Shown here one piece after another: positions 1 through 14,592 of a stretch of DNA of 64,000 nucleotides (position 1 is the first letter of the stretch; every line of letters starts with the position of its first letter). Both the position numbers and the translations under genes were made by a program. The stretch covers positions 496,001 to 560,000 of the forward strand of contig NW_026940997.1 in the NCBI RefSeq assembly GCF_032062105.1, read 5' to 3'. The notes beneath the pieces are model-generated. The model searched no databases and was not told where the DNA came from. It saw nothing but the letters and a program-made list of their open reading frames with translations. This stretch comes from Saccostrea cucullata (Eukaryota).

Positions 1-15
1 ATTAACAACTATTAC

Positions 16-1726
16 CTTCTCCTGGCCTTGTTTCAGCATTGGACAAAACCGGAGGTCTAACTTTAGAAGTACATCCACAGTATACCTCACAATAAAGATA
101 TTCTCATGCATCAGAAGTCTCCTGAAAATGGCTGTAAGCCAGGATGAATGTAGAGACCCTTGACCTATGACAGAAACAATCAATTTTTTTTTTGTTTTTA
201 CTATTTATATTCATAGGTTTAATGGTGAAAAAAATTGTTAGAAAAGGAAAACTACTTAACATACCATTCTGATCAATCTGTGTTGCTTTTATGAGTTTAG
301 ATAATCTGGGAAGCACTGGTTTAATGATGTGAACCTGCAGGAGAGAACGTCAAATATCAATGAAAATATTGCCTAAAGTACTCTATGCATGTTTTACACT
401 TATAAAATCATGCCATTAGTACATGAAAATAAAGGTATATAGAAAAACTCTCTTTTTCAAAATTCTTTTTCTAAGCAAAACAGTTTATCAATAGAAAATT
501 TTAAATGATAAAAAATCCTCATCATGACACATCTCAATTCAATGATGTCTAATGGTAAGAACAGGAAACTGCAAGAAGACTACATAATATACAAAATATG
601 TGAGAAATTTTATTTCATGAATGATGCTTCTAGTGATAATAAATTCCTCAAGTATTTTAAAGAAACTAAGTGCTTCAATTGCTTCTAACAACAGAATAAC
701 AATTCACATTAAACCTGCTCATCATTCAACAATAAAGATTACTAAACTAACCTGTTTTTCTTCCAAGGTTTCTAGAATTAGTATATAGTCCTCCCAGACC
801 TCCATCAAATTGTCTTTTGGTTTCCAGTGGAACAAGGTTTCACTTTGAACACTAATGTTACAGGAATGACAGATGTCAGTCACCCTCTTCAACAGGTACA
901 TCGTTTGTTTCCGGGAGGAGGGTGATTTTCGACTTACTCCTTGCTGAATTATTCTCCAGAAGTCATCCTTACATTTCAGATCAAAAACTACAGTGTCATT
1001 CACCACAGGAAAGAAATGGCCGGCCATACCACAAAGTACAATGTATGGCTTTTCATTCCCTTCATCAAACTCTTTGCAAATTAATTCCCAAACAGCTGAA
1101 AGTTTATCAAAATTTTCACTGATACATATATTCATCATATTCTTTAGGAAATTTAATGCCAAGTTTATGAGTAAATTGTCCTGCATACACTTTATAGAAT
1201 GAACAACACAGAAGTATGCCTTTAGGAGTTTGTTCTGTATAGAAGTTAAGAATTGGTTTACCCTATGTTTGGACATATGCTGTAAAACTGACACACAGCA
1301 ATAAATGTCCATGGACTCTCCGTCCTCGGATATCCAATCAGCCCCCTGACTGTAAGATGTCAAAATCCGCAAACACTGGTCAATCAAATCAGTCACCCTG
1401 GTCTCCTCAGCCTTCAATAGACACGCCCCACAAAGGGAGCTAACTGATGTCAGCAGAGCTACATTCTCTACATTACTGTCATATGAGGGATGAATCTTAA
1501 ACAGGAGTGGGAGGCACACCTCATCTAAAACTCTATGAATGCAATTAGTGTCCACATCTTGTTCTGTTGAGATGATGCCTTCCAGTAAATACAAGAGATC
1601 ACAGAATTCTGGATCTATTTTGTTGTCTTTTTTCTTTTTAACCTGCTTCACCAACAGTTCTATGAGTTTAATAGAACTAATAGACTCTGCAGCTATGTCC
1701 TTCACTGTCAGGAAGTCCATTTTCAT
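16..1726 (-). CDS. TARBP1: TARBP1/Trm3-like tRNA 2'-O-methyltransferase, N-terminal exons (gene continues beyond left edge)
   Basis: GT-AG exons 1726-752, 334-265 and 164-16 join in frame to give ...WEDYILILETLEEKQ|VHIIKPVLPRLSKLI...LHSSWLTAIFRRLLMHEN. This resembles the conserved TARBP1 segment (LEENQ.HVIKPVL...HPSW...ESEN). The catalytic SpoU domain is outside the window. Confidence 0.75.
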
Positions 1727-3266
1727 TTCATAATCTGTTCATATAAATGAAAAACTTTTTATTTAGTACATAGATTAAGGAAAATAAACATATTAGAATT
1801 TTAAGCTTGCATTAATCAGAATTTAAACAAAGAGAATTATATTATCTAGTTAATCTTGCATTTTTTGCCATGATTGTAATTTATATTTAATTTATGTGAT
1901 TTCTGAGCAACGAAAAAGCAACAAAAATGATTATAATATGTTATCAGATTCCAACAATGTTATCAGAAATGATGAGCAGGTGAAGTTTGCTCATATGTAG
2001 GAAGTTCTATCATCTACAGACTAATGTGCAAGAAAAGAAGAAATTAGAATCGAAAACTGCACCCTGTTAGATTTTTTTTGTTCCACTTCTAAGGATTGAT
2101 TCTATTCTTGAGATAGATCAGGGGGATTTTCCCCCCCAATATTTTTTTTAACAATTTGCACTCATTCAAAATGTTTAATTAGACACCTACCATAATCAAT
2201 TTACTTTCTTTCAAATATGCAAGCAAATCAGGATGTCATGAGAATTGAACATTGTTTTACACAATAAATAAAAAAAAATTACGAGACAGTCAAATGAATC
2301 GATCCTCTAAGCTAGGCTGGGATGCCTTGCAATATATTATTCTAAAATCACTACCCCCTAAATTGCCACCAGTATTGACTGAGTATTAATTTGGAGTTCG
2401 ATATCTTATGTGAAAACAGAGACAGAAATATTTGTGTCTCTGGTTAAAATTATAGTATTCACTATTTGGTTAAACATGTAAAACATGTTATAAAGTCTTG
2501 AAAGTTACTGTTAAATTTATCAGAGACTGTTTTGAACTTAGAAGTCAATTACTTGACAAATCTTGAAAAAAATTATGTAAACGTTATTATTTAATGATGT
2601 TCAGTGGGCCTTTGCCAATTACATGTATTGTAATTGTGTTTGTGCCAATAAAGTATTCAGCTGGTATTTGTATTTGTAACAAGAATAGATATGGGTTACC
2701 CCATATCCAAAGATATTCGACTGTTAGATTTAATATGTTTAACAGTGTTTATAATGACGTTAATAAAAAAAACTGCACTGTCTAATTATGGAACTGTTGT
2801 AAATTTCGTGATTCCATAGCATTACGGTCACCCAGTCTCCTAACAAACAGTACACATAGGCCTACATGTACCTGTGTCCGCAAGACCAATTTTAGCCTTG
2901 GTCTACACACGTGCAATGGAGCTGTCACACGCATCCAGCGAGCATCAAAGTGTCGGAAAAACACGTTTTGTTTTGCCGAGAAGTTACGGTGTCAGACAAA
3001 ACTTTTCTTTTCTTAATTATAAATCATATAAATACGAATTCTGATTAATAAAAATTATACAATCCCTGTTGAATTTTATATAGTTTGTCCTAACATTTTC
3101 ATCTGCAACAACTTGTGATTAAAATGGCCAGGTTGGGAAAATCAGGTCCGGGTCGGAAAATTCTAAACTGAAAACATGGAAAACCTTTTTTGTTTTGAAA
3201 ATAACTGAAATATACTAATGTATTTGTCGCAGAAATCTTACTTACATTATTCAAGTTCTATATATA

Positions 3267-6200
3267 ATGGTAAATGCTGAACTTCAACACGAACCCGAAT
3301 CTCCAACCCAGTTCTCGTTTTGCCACACATACCCTACAGTTTACAAAGTGTACACACGAGCAGGCCAGGGATTGAAAATTCCGTCATTTAATAATACACA
3401 TACACAGTATGATTAATTTTTTCTTTAAGAACAAATTGTATGATAATTAACGGGCTATAAACATGTACTTAATACAATTGTTGATATAGTATTATCAATT
3501 CATCGGTGAAAAGATATTAATCGAAGAATGACCTAATTATTCTCTGTTATCAAACATGTGCAAAAAAAAAAAAAAAAAGGTTTTTATTCACATAAAAAAA
3601 AAAAAAAGAAAAAAATGTGAGGAAGCGAGCGTAGGAATATTGAGGAGGGAAGCGAGCGTAGGAAAATGTACCCTGAAAGCACACTAAAAGATATTTTTTA
3701 TTTGCATTTCGGGGGGAAAGTGACTTTCTAATGATATTTTGACGTTATTTTTGATTTCTTTAACGTATGACATACACAACTAAATACTCTTATCATGAAC
3801 AATAATGTTGTATCTACTTATCATGATGGAATTATTTTGGTCAATATGTGTGAGCTGCCGCTGAATACAGTTATATATCTTGCAAAGATAGTATGCATTG
3901 ATCGAATATATGAAAATCAGTTATTAAAACCAGATTGAGTACCGGGTAATTCTGATGACTAAAATCACAGACAATACGTAACAAACTTGTAGGGGTTTTT
4001 ATAGAGAGTAATTAATTTGTGTTTACCTGATTATGACCAAGATAAGCAAATGTTTTGAGTAATCATTTTGCTCTCTTTAGCACAACAAATGCACGTGGAA
4101 CAAATGAAGAATATATTTAATAAAACGAAAATACTCAAACTCTTGTTAATTTGAGAATAGTTAGCCTCATAGGGTATATAGAAAATAAAGTCAAATATAC
4201 ATTATATTATGTATAGATAGTAAATTGTGTTAGTTGTGCAAAAAAGTTATAAAAAGAAAGTAAAAACATTTTTCGTTTTGTAAATAGTGAAGACAACCGT
4301 AAAGTACTTCCTATTTCCGGTTAAAATGGTAAGAAGTTTTGACAACTTTTGTGAAATTTCCGTTAGGTTTTTTTTATCGTCCTCATATTTTCCTTCATTT
4401 TTTATGTTCTTAGAAATTATTACAGTATTGGTCTTTATAGCAATTTTCACTCCGATTAACCGATTAATTGCACATATTTTGTTGAAAGGGGGAGGGGCAT
4501 TTCCTCGAATTTCCTCTGGCCTTTGATGGCATACAAGACAAATGTGTAGAATTCTGTGTTAATTGCTAAATATTTTACGTCGATATACAGGCCTTACTTT
4601 TCTTTGGAGTTTATCTCATGGACAGTTAATTCATTTTCGTTTAAAAATCCTGTAGAACCAGAAACTCTGATAATTTTCTAATTCAATGTTTTTAGATTTG
4701 CAGAAATCAATAAAATTCTCCTTTAATTCCATCGTAATTTTTTTTATTTACTTAGTTATATTCTGCTATTACCTGCAGATAGTGATTATGCTTCCCAACA
4801 TAGTCAATACTTAGAAAATGCTCAAAGTTTAAGTAATTTTCAAATTGATACCATGCTACTGACAAATAAATTGATGTAACATGACAACCCTATTTCAGGC
4901 AACAATTCTTGAATTCTTTGATTTTTTAAATATGTTTTATTAAATATTAAAAAGTTATTAATATATGTATACATGTACATCTGTTGTAATTTTTTTTTTT
5001 TTTAGTTTATGTTATGTCTGTGTGGGGAAAAGTTCTAAAAATCTCTTTATTAATAAATTTGAACTAAGGAATCTCTAATATGTTTGTAATCTGAATTATT
5101 TACCCTTATGTTATTTATTAGGATAAGATTTGTTGAAATAAATTGAAAATGAAGTTTAATTATTTTATAATCAAGGCATTTTTGTTTCCTGCATAAGTTT
5201 TTTTTTCAGATTTACTAAAAAATACACAAGTACATGTACTTACATGTATTAGACATCATTTTTATTAAATATAGCTATATTTACAAGATAAAGATATATA
5301 TAGATTTTATTTCCTGATTTGATTATTTTCACTTTAGGCACAAAATGTTCAGGTCTGTGATATACCAGCAGAGGTTGTTGACAGGTTGAAGAAATTCAGA
5401 TTTAGAAAGGAGAAAAATGTTGCTGCCATAATGTGTGAGTAGACAGTCTGTTGTTATCAGGATTGTCCTTAAAACACAGGAGTCGAGGAATTTTCTCTGG
5501 CTATAAAGATGAAGTCCCCCAGTTATTTTGGTATTCCTCCTAAACTCCCCTCTTTAGGGGAGAGACATCCGATTCTCTTATAATTTTTAAATGCCCCCTT
5601 CTATTTCAATTCTTATGGACAACCCTGTGTTATTTTGAATTGTCATTCGAATTGCATAAGGTTCAAGGTTACAATTTGCATGGGATGTTTTATTTGTTGT
5701 TTACGAACTTGTTTGCCTCTTTTAAGAAACACTTAGTATATTCTATCATTGGTTATTTCCTTCAGGAAAAGTTTTAAGTCATATTCGAAGTATGGATCAA
5801 TGTGGGTTATAAAGCATAATCTCTATGAATTTTGAATGTTAAAATTTACTAATGTCAGTGTACATGTTAAAATTGAATATTTATATGTTAGTTGATTTAA
5901 AGACTTATCAGTGTTTTTGTTTGTTTTGAACATATTTTATTGACAGTAGGTCAAAGAGATTGGACACAAGTTCCAAAAACTTTGATAGTCCTCTCTCACT
6001 TATCATTGAGCTATTTCCTAAGTTTTTACTGCATGTTGTGGGCTGTGGTCCATTTACTCTTAACAACAAAGCAAACACTTGTGTTAATTAAAAATTACAT
6101 GTATTACTGTTATTTTTATTTCAGTGAAAGTTGACAAAAATAGTAAGAAAATTATCATTGAAGAAGAATATGAGGTAGGTGGTCACTCACAAGGTATCTC

Positions 6201-9200
6201 ACACCAACTGCAGACATGTTTTTTGTCACTTCTTTCTAAATACAAATGTACTGATACCAGCATAAGTTTTCTCAACAATTTTTTTTTAGTAACTGCTTAC
6301 TCCCTTACTTTCCGGATCACATACCCAAATACTGGAATGTTTTTTATTTATTACATGAAACTCTTAACATCCTTACTTGCATTTTGTGATATTTATATAT
6401 AACATCTTCACAATTTCTATCTTCATCAGATATCAATGGATGTTCTCGATTTTTACACGATGAGATCACCTGTGGGTATCTGATGATTAATTTCTATTCA
6501 GTAAAAGATTCTTATAATGAGGTTCTAGAGGAGTAGAGAATTTTTCTTTTTTATATTAAGCATAGTCCTCTGAAATAGCAAAGTTTAAATTATAATATTT
6601 TAATATTGACTTTTCTGAATTGTGATTTTTTTGGATTGAAATTTGTCCATTTGTTTTTGTCGTTGTTGTTGAAATTTTTTATATATTTATCTACTTCTCT
6701 AGAACCAGTAGAGCAATTTCAACAAAAATTGACACAAAGCATTCTTGGATGAAGGGTATTCAAGTTTATTTGAAAGAAGAGGTGCCTTCACTCTCTATAA
6801 AGGGAGATAATTATGAATGAAAGAAAATTTATGTCATCTTTCAAAAATCTGATGGAAAAAGTTGAAACCTAAGTGAAAGTTTCATTACATATTATAAATT
6901 TAAGTTCAAATCATGACCTCTTGGGTAGGATGGGACCACAAAGGGGATCAACGTCTTATTAGGAATATGTAGGAAATGTCTTTAAAAATTGTATTCCTAA
7001 AAAAAAACAACAAAGAAATGATTAGTCCTCATAATATAGAAGTATTCTCATTTAAAATAAATGCAAATTTGTACAAATCATGACCTGAGGGGATAGGATG
7101 GCACCACAACATATCAAGGTCATGGAGGAGGAGGGCTGGGTGGGTCCAAATCAGGGGAACAAAGTTAACAAAGTTATTCATTGAAATAGTACTTAATTAT
7201 TCATGTAATAAATACAGTAGCATTTCTAGGTATTGTTGTATATACAATTTTGTGTAAATCATTTGAATTTCTGCAGGATTGTAATGTAGATGACCTGCAA
7301 CCAGAGTTACCAATTTCCCAGCCTAGATACATTGTAATCAGCTATGTTAGACATCATGATGATGGTAGGGTGTCTTATCCGCTCTGCTTTGTCTTCAGTA
7401 GTCCTTCAGGTCAGTATACTAGTAGTTCTGTTGCTATGGTGATGATCATGTGGCATCACAAATGTTAATTGCTAAAATTACAATGTATAAACTCAATCCC
7501 AATGCTGTAAACATGAATGATATTTTTATGAGATAAACTTTCATCACTTCCATGTAGCAAAGCCCTGTTGGGGTTATTTTTAATGAGAGGGGGGCTTGAT
7601 AAAGATATTTCACACTGTTAGCTTAGACTGGATAACATGGCATCATAAATAAAGGAAGGATAAAGGCCCTCAGAGGTAGAATTTTGGTACATAACACCAG
7701 TGTCTGAAATAAGTGTGAGCTGACTGCCTGAGACGCCTACATTTTGTCTCAGGCAATCAGATAAGCATGTATTGATGCCCGGCTGGACGTGTAAATATTA
7801 CTGATTGCAAAGTGTAACAAGCAAACGGGTAGAATTCATCATGCAGTAACAAGCAAATGGGTAGAATTCATCATGCAGTAACAAGCAAACAGGTAGAATT
7901 CATCATGCAGTAACAAGCAAACGGGTAGAATTCATCATGCAGCCTATAGGTCTGGGATCAAATATATATAGTGAGCTGGCCCCATTCACATTGTAATGTT
8001 CTATGTAATCCGGAATTATGTTCATGATTGGTTCCAATGTATAGAATATATATAACGGAAGTAGTAATAAAATATGACAGAACCCGGCATGGTCACGGTG
8101 TGTTGTCGCATTATCCCTTAACATCATACACTGAGAACATAACAATTGGTGACGAGTAAAGTAAACGGACCCAGAATTTATGATGGATCAACTGTCAATA
8201 CCGATTTTCCCGGCATTCGATGCAGAAGTGGATAAGTCAACAGTAGGCCCAAGATGGGACAGGTGGGTCGGACGTTTAGAGAATTTATTTGTGGCATTAA
8301 AATTAGTAAACCCTATTGTACCGGAAGGTGAGGAGCCTAACGAAGCTTTGATAAAGAGTGTAGATGATCATAAACGAGCGTTGTTACTGCACTACGTAGG
8401 TGAACAAACTTTTGACATTTATGAGGCTCAAAAGGGGGAAAACGAAACTACATATACAGCAACGAAGAAAGTTCTCACTGATTATTTCAGGCCGCGGAAA
8501 AACACACAAATGGAGATATACACATTGCAAACAAAAGGAGGGACAAACTTTGGATGAGTACCTCACTGAGTTGCGGAAACTCGCCAAACACTGTGAGTTT
8601 GCAAACATTGACAAGGAAATTCTGTCTCAAATAATCCAGTCATGCAGGTCCAACCAACTCAGGAGAAGAGCTTTGAGAGAACCTGATAAGGGATTAGAGG
8701 ACATAATTCAATTAGGGCGCTCACTAGAATTATCGGATTCTCAGGCTCAAGCTATGGAGCGTCATGTGGATCAGACTGTAAATAAGTTACATGTTCGTAG
8801 TTCTCGACCGAGTAGTGGTGCGTCGCGAGGAGGTAAGCGTTATCAGTCAAGGAGGAAACCTGACAAACATTGTTGGAAATGTGGAGGAGTGTTTCCACAT
8901 AAGGGAGACAAACCATGCCCAGCTCATAACCAAAAGTGTCACAAGTGCCAGAAAATGGGACATTTCAAGTTTGTGTGCAGGAGTAAAAAGGATACTAAAG
9001 TCAGGACGAAAGAGAAAGTACAGTTCATGAAACAGCACAAACACTCTTCATCTGAAAGTGACAGTGATGATTACTGTTATGGAATCAAAATAATGAAATC
9101 GGGTGTAAACCGTGTGAAAGGCCCATATGCTGGAGTATCCATAAACAAACACAAGCTCAAGTTACTGGTGGATAGTGGTTCATCTGTAAACATACTAGAC

Positions 9201-12200
9201 GAAGCTGATTATGTTAAAGTAGGAAGTCCCAAGCTTCGGAGAAGGAAGGAACATTGTGAACTTGTACCTTATGGAGGTGGCAAAATACCAGTTCTAGGGA
9301 CTTGTGATTTGACATTAGAAACAGAGAAGAGCTATGATATTGTGAGGTTCTATGTGGTGAAAGGTGTAAATGGATCCTTGTTGGGCTACCCCACTGCTGA
9401 TAGCCTACAAATCATCAAACTGGTGAACAATGTAAATGACATCAAGAAGAAAGTGGAAGATGACTTTCCTCAGTTATTTCAAGGCATTGGGAAATTAAGG
9501 AATCATCAAGTGAAGATTCACATTGACACGACTGTCAAACCAGTGGCACAGAAGAGGAGAAAGACTCCATTTCATTTGAGGGATAAAGTTGAAAAGGAGA
9601 TAAATGAACTGTTAAAATTAGACATTATAGAGAAAGTCGAAGGAGAGCCTACACCGTGGGTGTCCCCTATTGTGACCCCACCAAAGAAGGATGGAAAAGA
9701 AATCAGGCTTTGGGTTGACATGCGCCAACCAAATAAAGCCATAAAGCGTGAGAGGCATACCATGCCTACCATAGAGGAGCTCGTATTAGACTTAAATGGA
9801 TCCAAAGTTTTTAGTAAACTTGACTTGCGTAGTGGATACCATCAGTTGGAACTTCATCCAGATTCCAGATATATTACTACCTTTAATACACACATGGGTA
9901 TATTCCGCTACAAGAGATTGAATTTTGGTGTGTCATCTGCGTCGGAAATCTTTCACGAAACCATACGCCAAGTTGTTCAAGATATTTCAGGAGTGCGGAA
10001 TATTTCAGATGACATAGTGGTTTTCGGAGCGAGCCAGGAACAACATGATATAGCTCTACGACAAGTACTGAAACGACTCTGTGAAAAAGGATTGACTCTT
10101 AATTACAAAAAATGCGTCTTCAGAACGGATCAGATATCATTCTTTTGAGTGATCTTTGGAACAAAAGGGATTTCACCAGATCCTCAGAAGGTGACAGCAG
10201 TACGTGAATTCAGTAGACCGGAGAATGTGAAGGACCTAAGAAGTTTCTTAGGCTTAACAAACTTTTGTTCTCGCTTTATTAAGGACTATGCCAAGATATG
10301 CAGACCTCTTCGGCAATTGACACACAAGGACCAAACCTGGACCTGGAGCGAAGAGTGCGAGGAATCATTCATAACACTGAAGGAAAGGTTGTGTAGTGAG
10401 ACGGTTATTTCCTACTATGATCCTTGCAAAGCGGTGACAGTGCAAGTGGACGCCAGCCCAATAAGACTTGGTGCGATACTACTACAGGAGGATAAAGTTG
10501 TGAGTTATGCGAGCCGTGCCCTTACACCAGTAGAGTCCAGATACAGTCAAACAGAACGAGAAGCGTTAAGTGTTGTGTGGGCGTGTGAACATTATGATTT
10601 ATATCTCAGGGGATTATCACACTTCACAATCATAACAGATCATAAACCCCTGGAAACAATTTGGAATAAACCTCAACCACCCTTGCGAATTGAAAGATGG
10701 GGACTACGCCTTCAGCCCTACTGTTGTACGATTAAATACCAACCTGGAAGTGAAAATATTGCCGACTACATTTCCAGGCATCCAGTCGGAGAATCTAAGA
10801 AATCACTGGAAGAAAACTGGGCTGAAAAATATGTCAACTTCATCGCAAAAGAATCGTTACCACAAGCTATTGACTTAGATGAAGTACGAGAAGCCACTCA
10901 TAAATGCAATACCTTACAGAAAGCAATCTATTATACAAGATGTGGAAAGTGGTACGAGATGAAGACTGAGGTATTGGAAGATGCTGACGTGTGTGAATTG
11001 ACAGCAATCAAGGCTGTTCGGGATGAACTTACTGTACATTCTGACAATATTTTACTTCGGAACCACCGCATTGTGCTACCCAAGAGTCTCAGACAGAGAG
11101 CTGTTGCTCTGGCGCATGAAGGTCATCAGGGTATAGCCAAAACAAAATCATTCTTACGTTCTAAAGTTTGGTTTCCTGATATGGACAGAGCTATCGAGGA
11201 AGCAGTTAGGAACTGTGCATCATGTCAAGCTCTAACTCCAGAAACCCGTTCTATGGAACCTTACAAGATGTCAGAACTACCTTACTCACCATGGGAAAAC
11301 ATCAGTATAGACTTTTGTGGACCTCTACCCTCGGGTGACTACCTCTTTGTCATGGTAGATGAATATTCCCGTTATCCTATTGTAGAGATAGTGAAGTCAG
11401 TATCTGCACGCTCAACGATTCCTGTACTTGACAAAGTAATCAGTACTTTTGGATTACCAAAAACTGTAAAGAGCGATAACGGCAGCCCTTTTCAGTCACA
11501 TGAATTTAAGCAGTTTGCAGAGAACATGGGTTTTGTACATCGCCGAATTACTCCAAGGTGGCCCCGAGCTAACGCTCAAGCCGAGAGCTTTAATAAACCT
11601 CTTATGAAGGCGATACGCTCTGCTCACATCAATCAGCTGAATTGGAAACAGGAGATGTATAGATTTCTACGGCAGTATCGAGCAACACCACATACCTCGA
11701 CAGGTCAAACCCCGTACAGATTACTTTTCAATCGAGAACCAAAAACTAAATTACCGCAAATTTCAGAAAAGACACAGGAACCAGTACTTGATGAGATGGT
11801 GAGGACACGGGACAGTGAAGCGAAACGCGTTATGAAGTATTATGGTGACCAGAGGAATCGTAGCAGAAATTCGGAAATAAAAGTGGGAGATTCTGTTTTG
11901 ATGAAGAAGGAAATTCGTGGAGACAAGCTACAATCTACATACGAGCCACAGCCAAGAACAGTGTTAGAAAAGAAAGGATGTATGGTAACAACTGATAATG
12001 GTGTTACGCGTAACGTGTCGAAATTCAAGAAAATAAGTGACTCTGTTCGTAGCAGTCTTGAGGACAAAGCAATGGTCAGGATTCCAGAGGAGGATATTCG
12101 CTGGCCGAGTCCAGTTTCCATTTGTCCAGAGGTGTCCGAGTCAGATGAACAACCCAATTCTACAAGTGCGACTTTAAAGGAAAAAACTCCAGTTGTGCGC

Positions 12201-13488
12201 CGAAGTGGCCGAGAAAGGAAACAACCAATTAAACTGAAAGATTTTGTGTTGAAGTGAGTTAGGTATGACCTACAGTGATTGGGGCATAATAATCCCCAGT
12301 AGGTTCATAGAGCTACATAAGTTCTCAATATTGTATCATGTTATATTTTGTTGATTGAATATGTCAAGTAACATTTTATGTTTTAATGGCAATCTGACTT
12401 TAAATGAAAACCTGGGTAATCTGTGTCTGCAAATCTTCTTCTTGGATCTCTTGTGTATTCTTGATCTGTTCTACACATTGACAATTTATAATCTATATTT
12501 ATTTGCTGGAAATTCTTTAAACTTTTATTTAATTTTGTTAATACCAATTTCAAAAAGAGAGGAATGTAATGTTCTATGTAATCCGGAATTATGTTCATGT
12601 TTGGTTCCAATGTATAGAATATATATATAACGGAAGTAGTAATAAAAATATGACAGAACCCGGCATGGTCATGGTGTGTTGTCGCATTACCCTTTAACAT
12701 CATCCACTGAGAACATAACACACATTATAATGCTTAATGCTAAAATGAACTTATCAATGACAATTATTTTTTTCGGGCTAGTACATTTTTGGCAGGGCTG
12801 ACAAGTTTCATTAGCAATCAGCCCTGCATGTCTAGCTAATTTTACAGTGAGTTTCAAACACTGATTACACACCTTAGGGGTTAATATAAGGATTATAATT
12901 CCATATTTAGGATAAAGCCAATTATGATTATATGTATTTCTTACAGGCTGTCCCCCTGAACAACAGATGATGTATGCAGGGAGTGTTCTCAGTTTAATTC
13001 AAACCCTGGGTCTCACAAAGGTAGGCAGATTCGGACAAGCTTAATGTGCTTGTAACTAATGCATGGAAGCTTGTTTCGTGCTGAGTGGTATATCTCAAAG
13101 TATAGTTTTAAAAATAGCAGGGCTTTGATGATTGCTATACTTCAGAAAAATGAGAGAGTAAAAAATAGTAAAATTAAAAGTAAAAGCATGCATAAAATAT
13201 TATTTAAAAAGAATGATAAAGTTAATCTGACAGTAAAAAGTTTGACAATTGTCAGCACTTTGTCCATTTTGTTCACATTTTCACATTGTCAAAGCTGTTT
13301 TGAACTTTTTCAGTAGACAGTGACATTATTTTATTCTGCAAAACTGAAATAAAATACATGACTGATACTTTCATAAAAGTTTTTATACGTGTATTACATA
13401 TATATCATTTTATTGACAGACATTTGATGTAAGGAATCCAGAGGAATTCTCAGAAGAATGGCTACTGGAACAGTTAGGCAAGGTGTAA
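3267..13488 (+). CDS. GMFB: Glia maturation factor (ADF-H family), 6 coding exons
   Basis: Exons 3267-3269 (ATG only, least certain), 5338-5434, 6125-6174, 7277-7409, 12947-13020 and 13420-13488 give (M)AQNVQVCDIPAEVVDRLKKFRFRKEKNVAAIM...[48 protein letters not shown]...EEWLLEQLGKV*. These are hallmark GMF motifs, and all splice phases are consistent. Confidence 0.93.
6640..7110. repeat. Degenerate Cg170-like / Helentron-associated satellite remnant in GMF intron 3
   Basis: Motifs ttctctagaacca..gcaatttcaacaaaaattgacacaaagcattcttggatgaagggtattcaagtt and a repeated aaatcatgacc..ggtaggatgg recall the abundant oyster satellite. Recognised from memory, boundaries approximate. Confidence 0.5.
7814..7941. 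repeat. 32-bp minisatellite, 4 copies
   Basis: Unit gtaacaagcaaacgggtagaattcatcatgca is repeated 4 times with single-base variants. Confidence 0.9.
7992..12720 (+). mobile_element. Full-length, decayed Ty3/Gypsy LTR retrotransposon (probably Mag-like) in GMF intron 4
   Basis: LTRs 7992-8144 and 12565-12720 (TG...CA). 5-bp TSD CACAT (7987-7991/12721-12725). PBS TGGTGACGAG at 8147, close to the complement of the tRNA-Ser 3' end. PPT aaaaagagaggaa at 12552-12564. Domain order is gag-PR-RT-RH-IN. Confidence 0.95.
8180..12257 (+). pseudogene. Gypsy gag-pol polyprotein, disrupted by a frameshift near 8520 and a TGA at 10146-10148
   Basis: Gag has two CCHC knuckles (CWKC..H..C, CHKC..H..C). Protease LLVDSGS. 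RT PWVSP / KLDLRSGYHQ / ISDD. RNase H VDASP / TDHKPL. Integrase HEGHQG..CASC and DFCGP / SDNG / AES. Confidence 0.92.
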
Positions 13489-13846
13489 CGGATCTCAAAG
13501 AGACGTAATAATGGACCAACAACTCAGCAATATGGCTCACTCGTTCATCCAACATGAACCGATATTATACAAAAAGAACCTCCTCTTAAAGTTATAAACC
13601 CTTAAGAAAGTTGAGCCAATAACTCGCAAATCAATCAAGGCAACTTACAAAGGGACCATATTTTTTCTTTGTTGCCAACTGATATTTTATTCTTAGTCCT
13701 TTTAAAGCTTTGTTTTGTTTCATATCTAACAAATGCTTTTAGATATACATGTATCTATCCATATTTGTATAAAAATTTGTTGAAACTTAGAGTGTATTGT
13801 TTATATTGTTCACTTTTAATGTTGCCAGATTTAAAGAAATCTTATA

Positions 13847-14592
13847 CAGTGGAGCCTCATTTATCCGGACACTTTGGTTCCCAATTGGTTCACTTTGGTT
13901 CCCAATCAATTTTTCCGGATATGTGCATCTTCGCTAGCCAAGGGTTTCTGATACGCTTCTCTCCTCATAAACCCTTGGCCTACGGTGAAATCAAAAGACG
14001 GGATTGTTTTCCGTCACGTGATCTCGAGTCTATCAGGTACGCACAGATTGCATCATCGCCAGAAATAAAGACACGTGTTAAAAAAAATTAAATCAAAGTT
14101 TTTCAAGAATAATTAAGAAGCAATAATTGAGTTACGTTTATTCATTATTTATAGAACAAATCTGAAGCTTCAATATAGATTCTTAATCACATATTTAGAA
14201 GATATTGGATGACACCATGGCTATTCATAGAATTGAATGTTATCTTACGGATCGTTGTTTTCTTGCGTTTTTCATTTCCGAGATTAAAGAGTGAAGATGT
14301 ATCCCGAACGCAAATATCGTCATTTACAAAAAACAATTGCTGATTGGTCGACCTGGGTGTACTGAAATCCAATCAGAACTCTGGTAAAAAATCCTGATCT
14401 CTATGAACACCGTAGGCCAAGGGTTTATGAGGAGAGTAGCGTATCAGAAACCCTTGGCTAGCGAAGATGGGATATGTGAAGCGTCCGGATATCTGAATTA
14501 CCTGTTAAATAAGACAAAATAACTTTTAAAAATTCTTTTCTGATGAAAAATCGTCCGGAAACTGAAGCATCCGGATATCTGAAGGTCCACTG
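13847..14592. mobile_element. Tc1/mariner-pogo-like MITE (TA target) carrying a nested MITE
   Basis: Ends are TA|CAGTGGAGCCTC ... GAAGGTCCACTG|TA, with repeated internal TCCGGA(T/C)A motifs. Confidence 0.8.
13926..14469. mobile_element. Non-autonomous DNA transposon with ~62-bp TIRs and 9-bp TSD
   Basis: TIR catcttcgctagccaagggtttctgatacgct.ctctcctcataaacccttggcctacggtg at both ends (1 mismatch). TSD GGATATGTG at 13917-13925 and 14470-14478. Confidence 0.92.

Noticed and set aside
3360-4525. Possible TIR element in GMF intron 1 (caggccagg ... ctctggcct)
   Set aside because: The terminal match is short and I could not identify a TSD.
10146-10148. TGA in Gypsy pol as programmed readthrough or selenocysteine
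   Set aside because: It falls at the conserved F(L/F)G glycine inside RT (GGA>TGA), and the element also has a frameshift, so it is ordinary decay.
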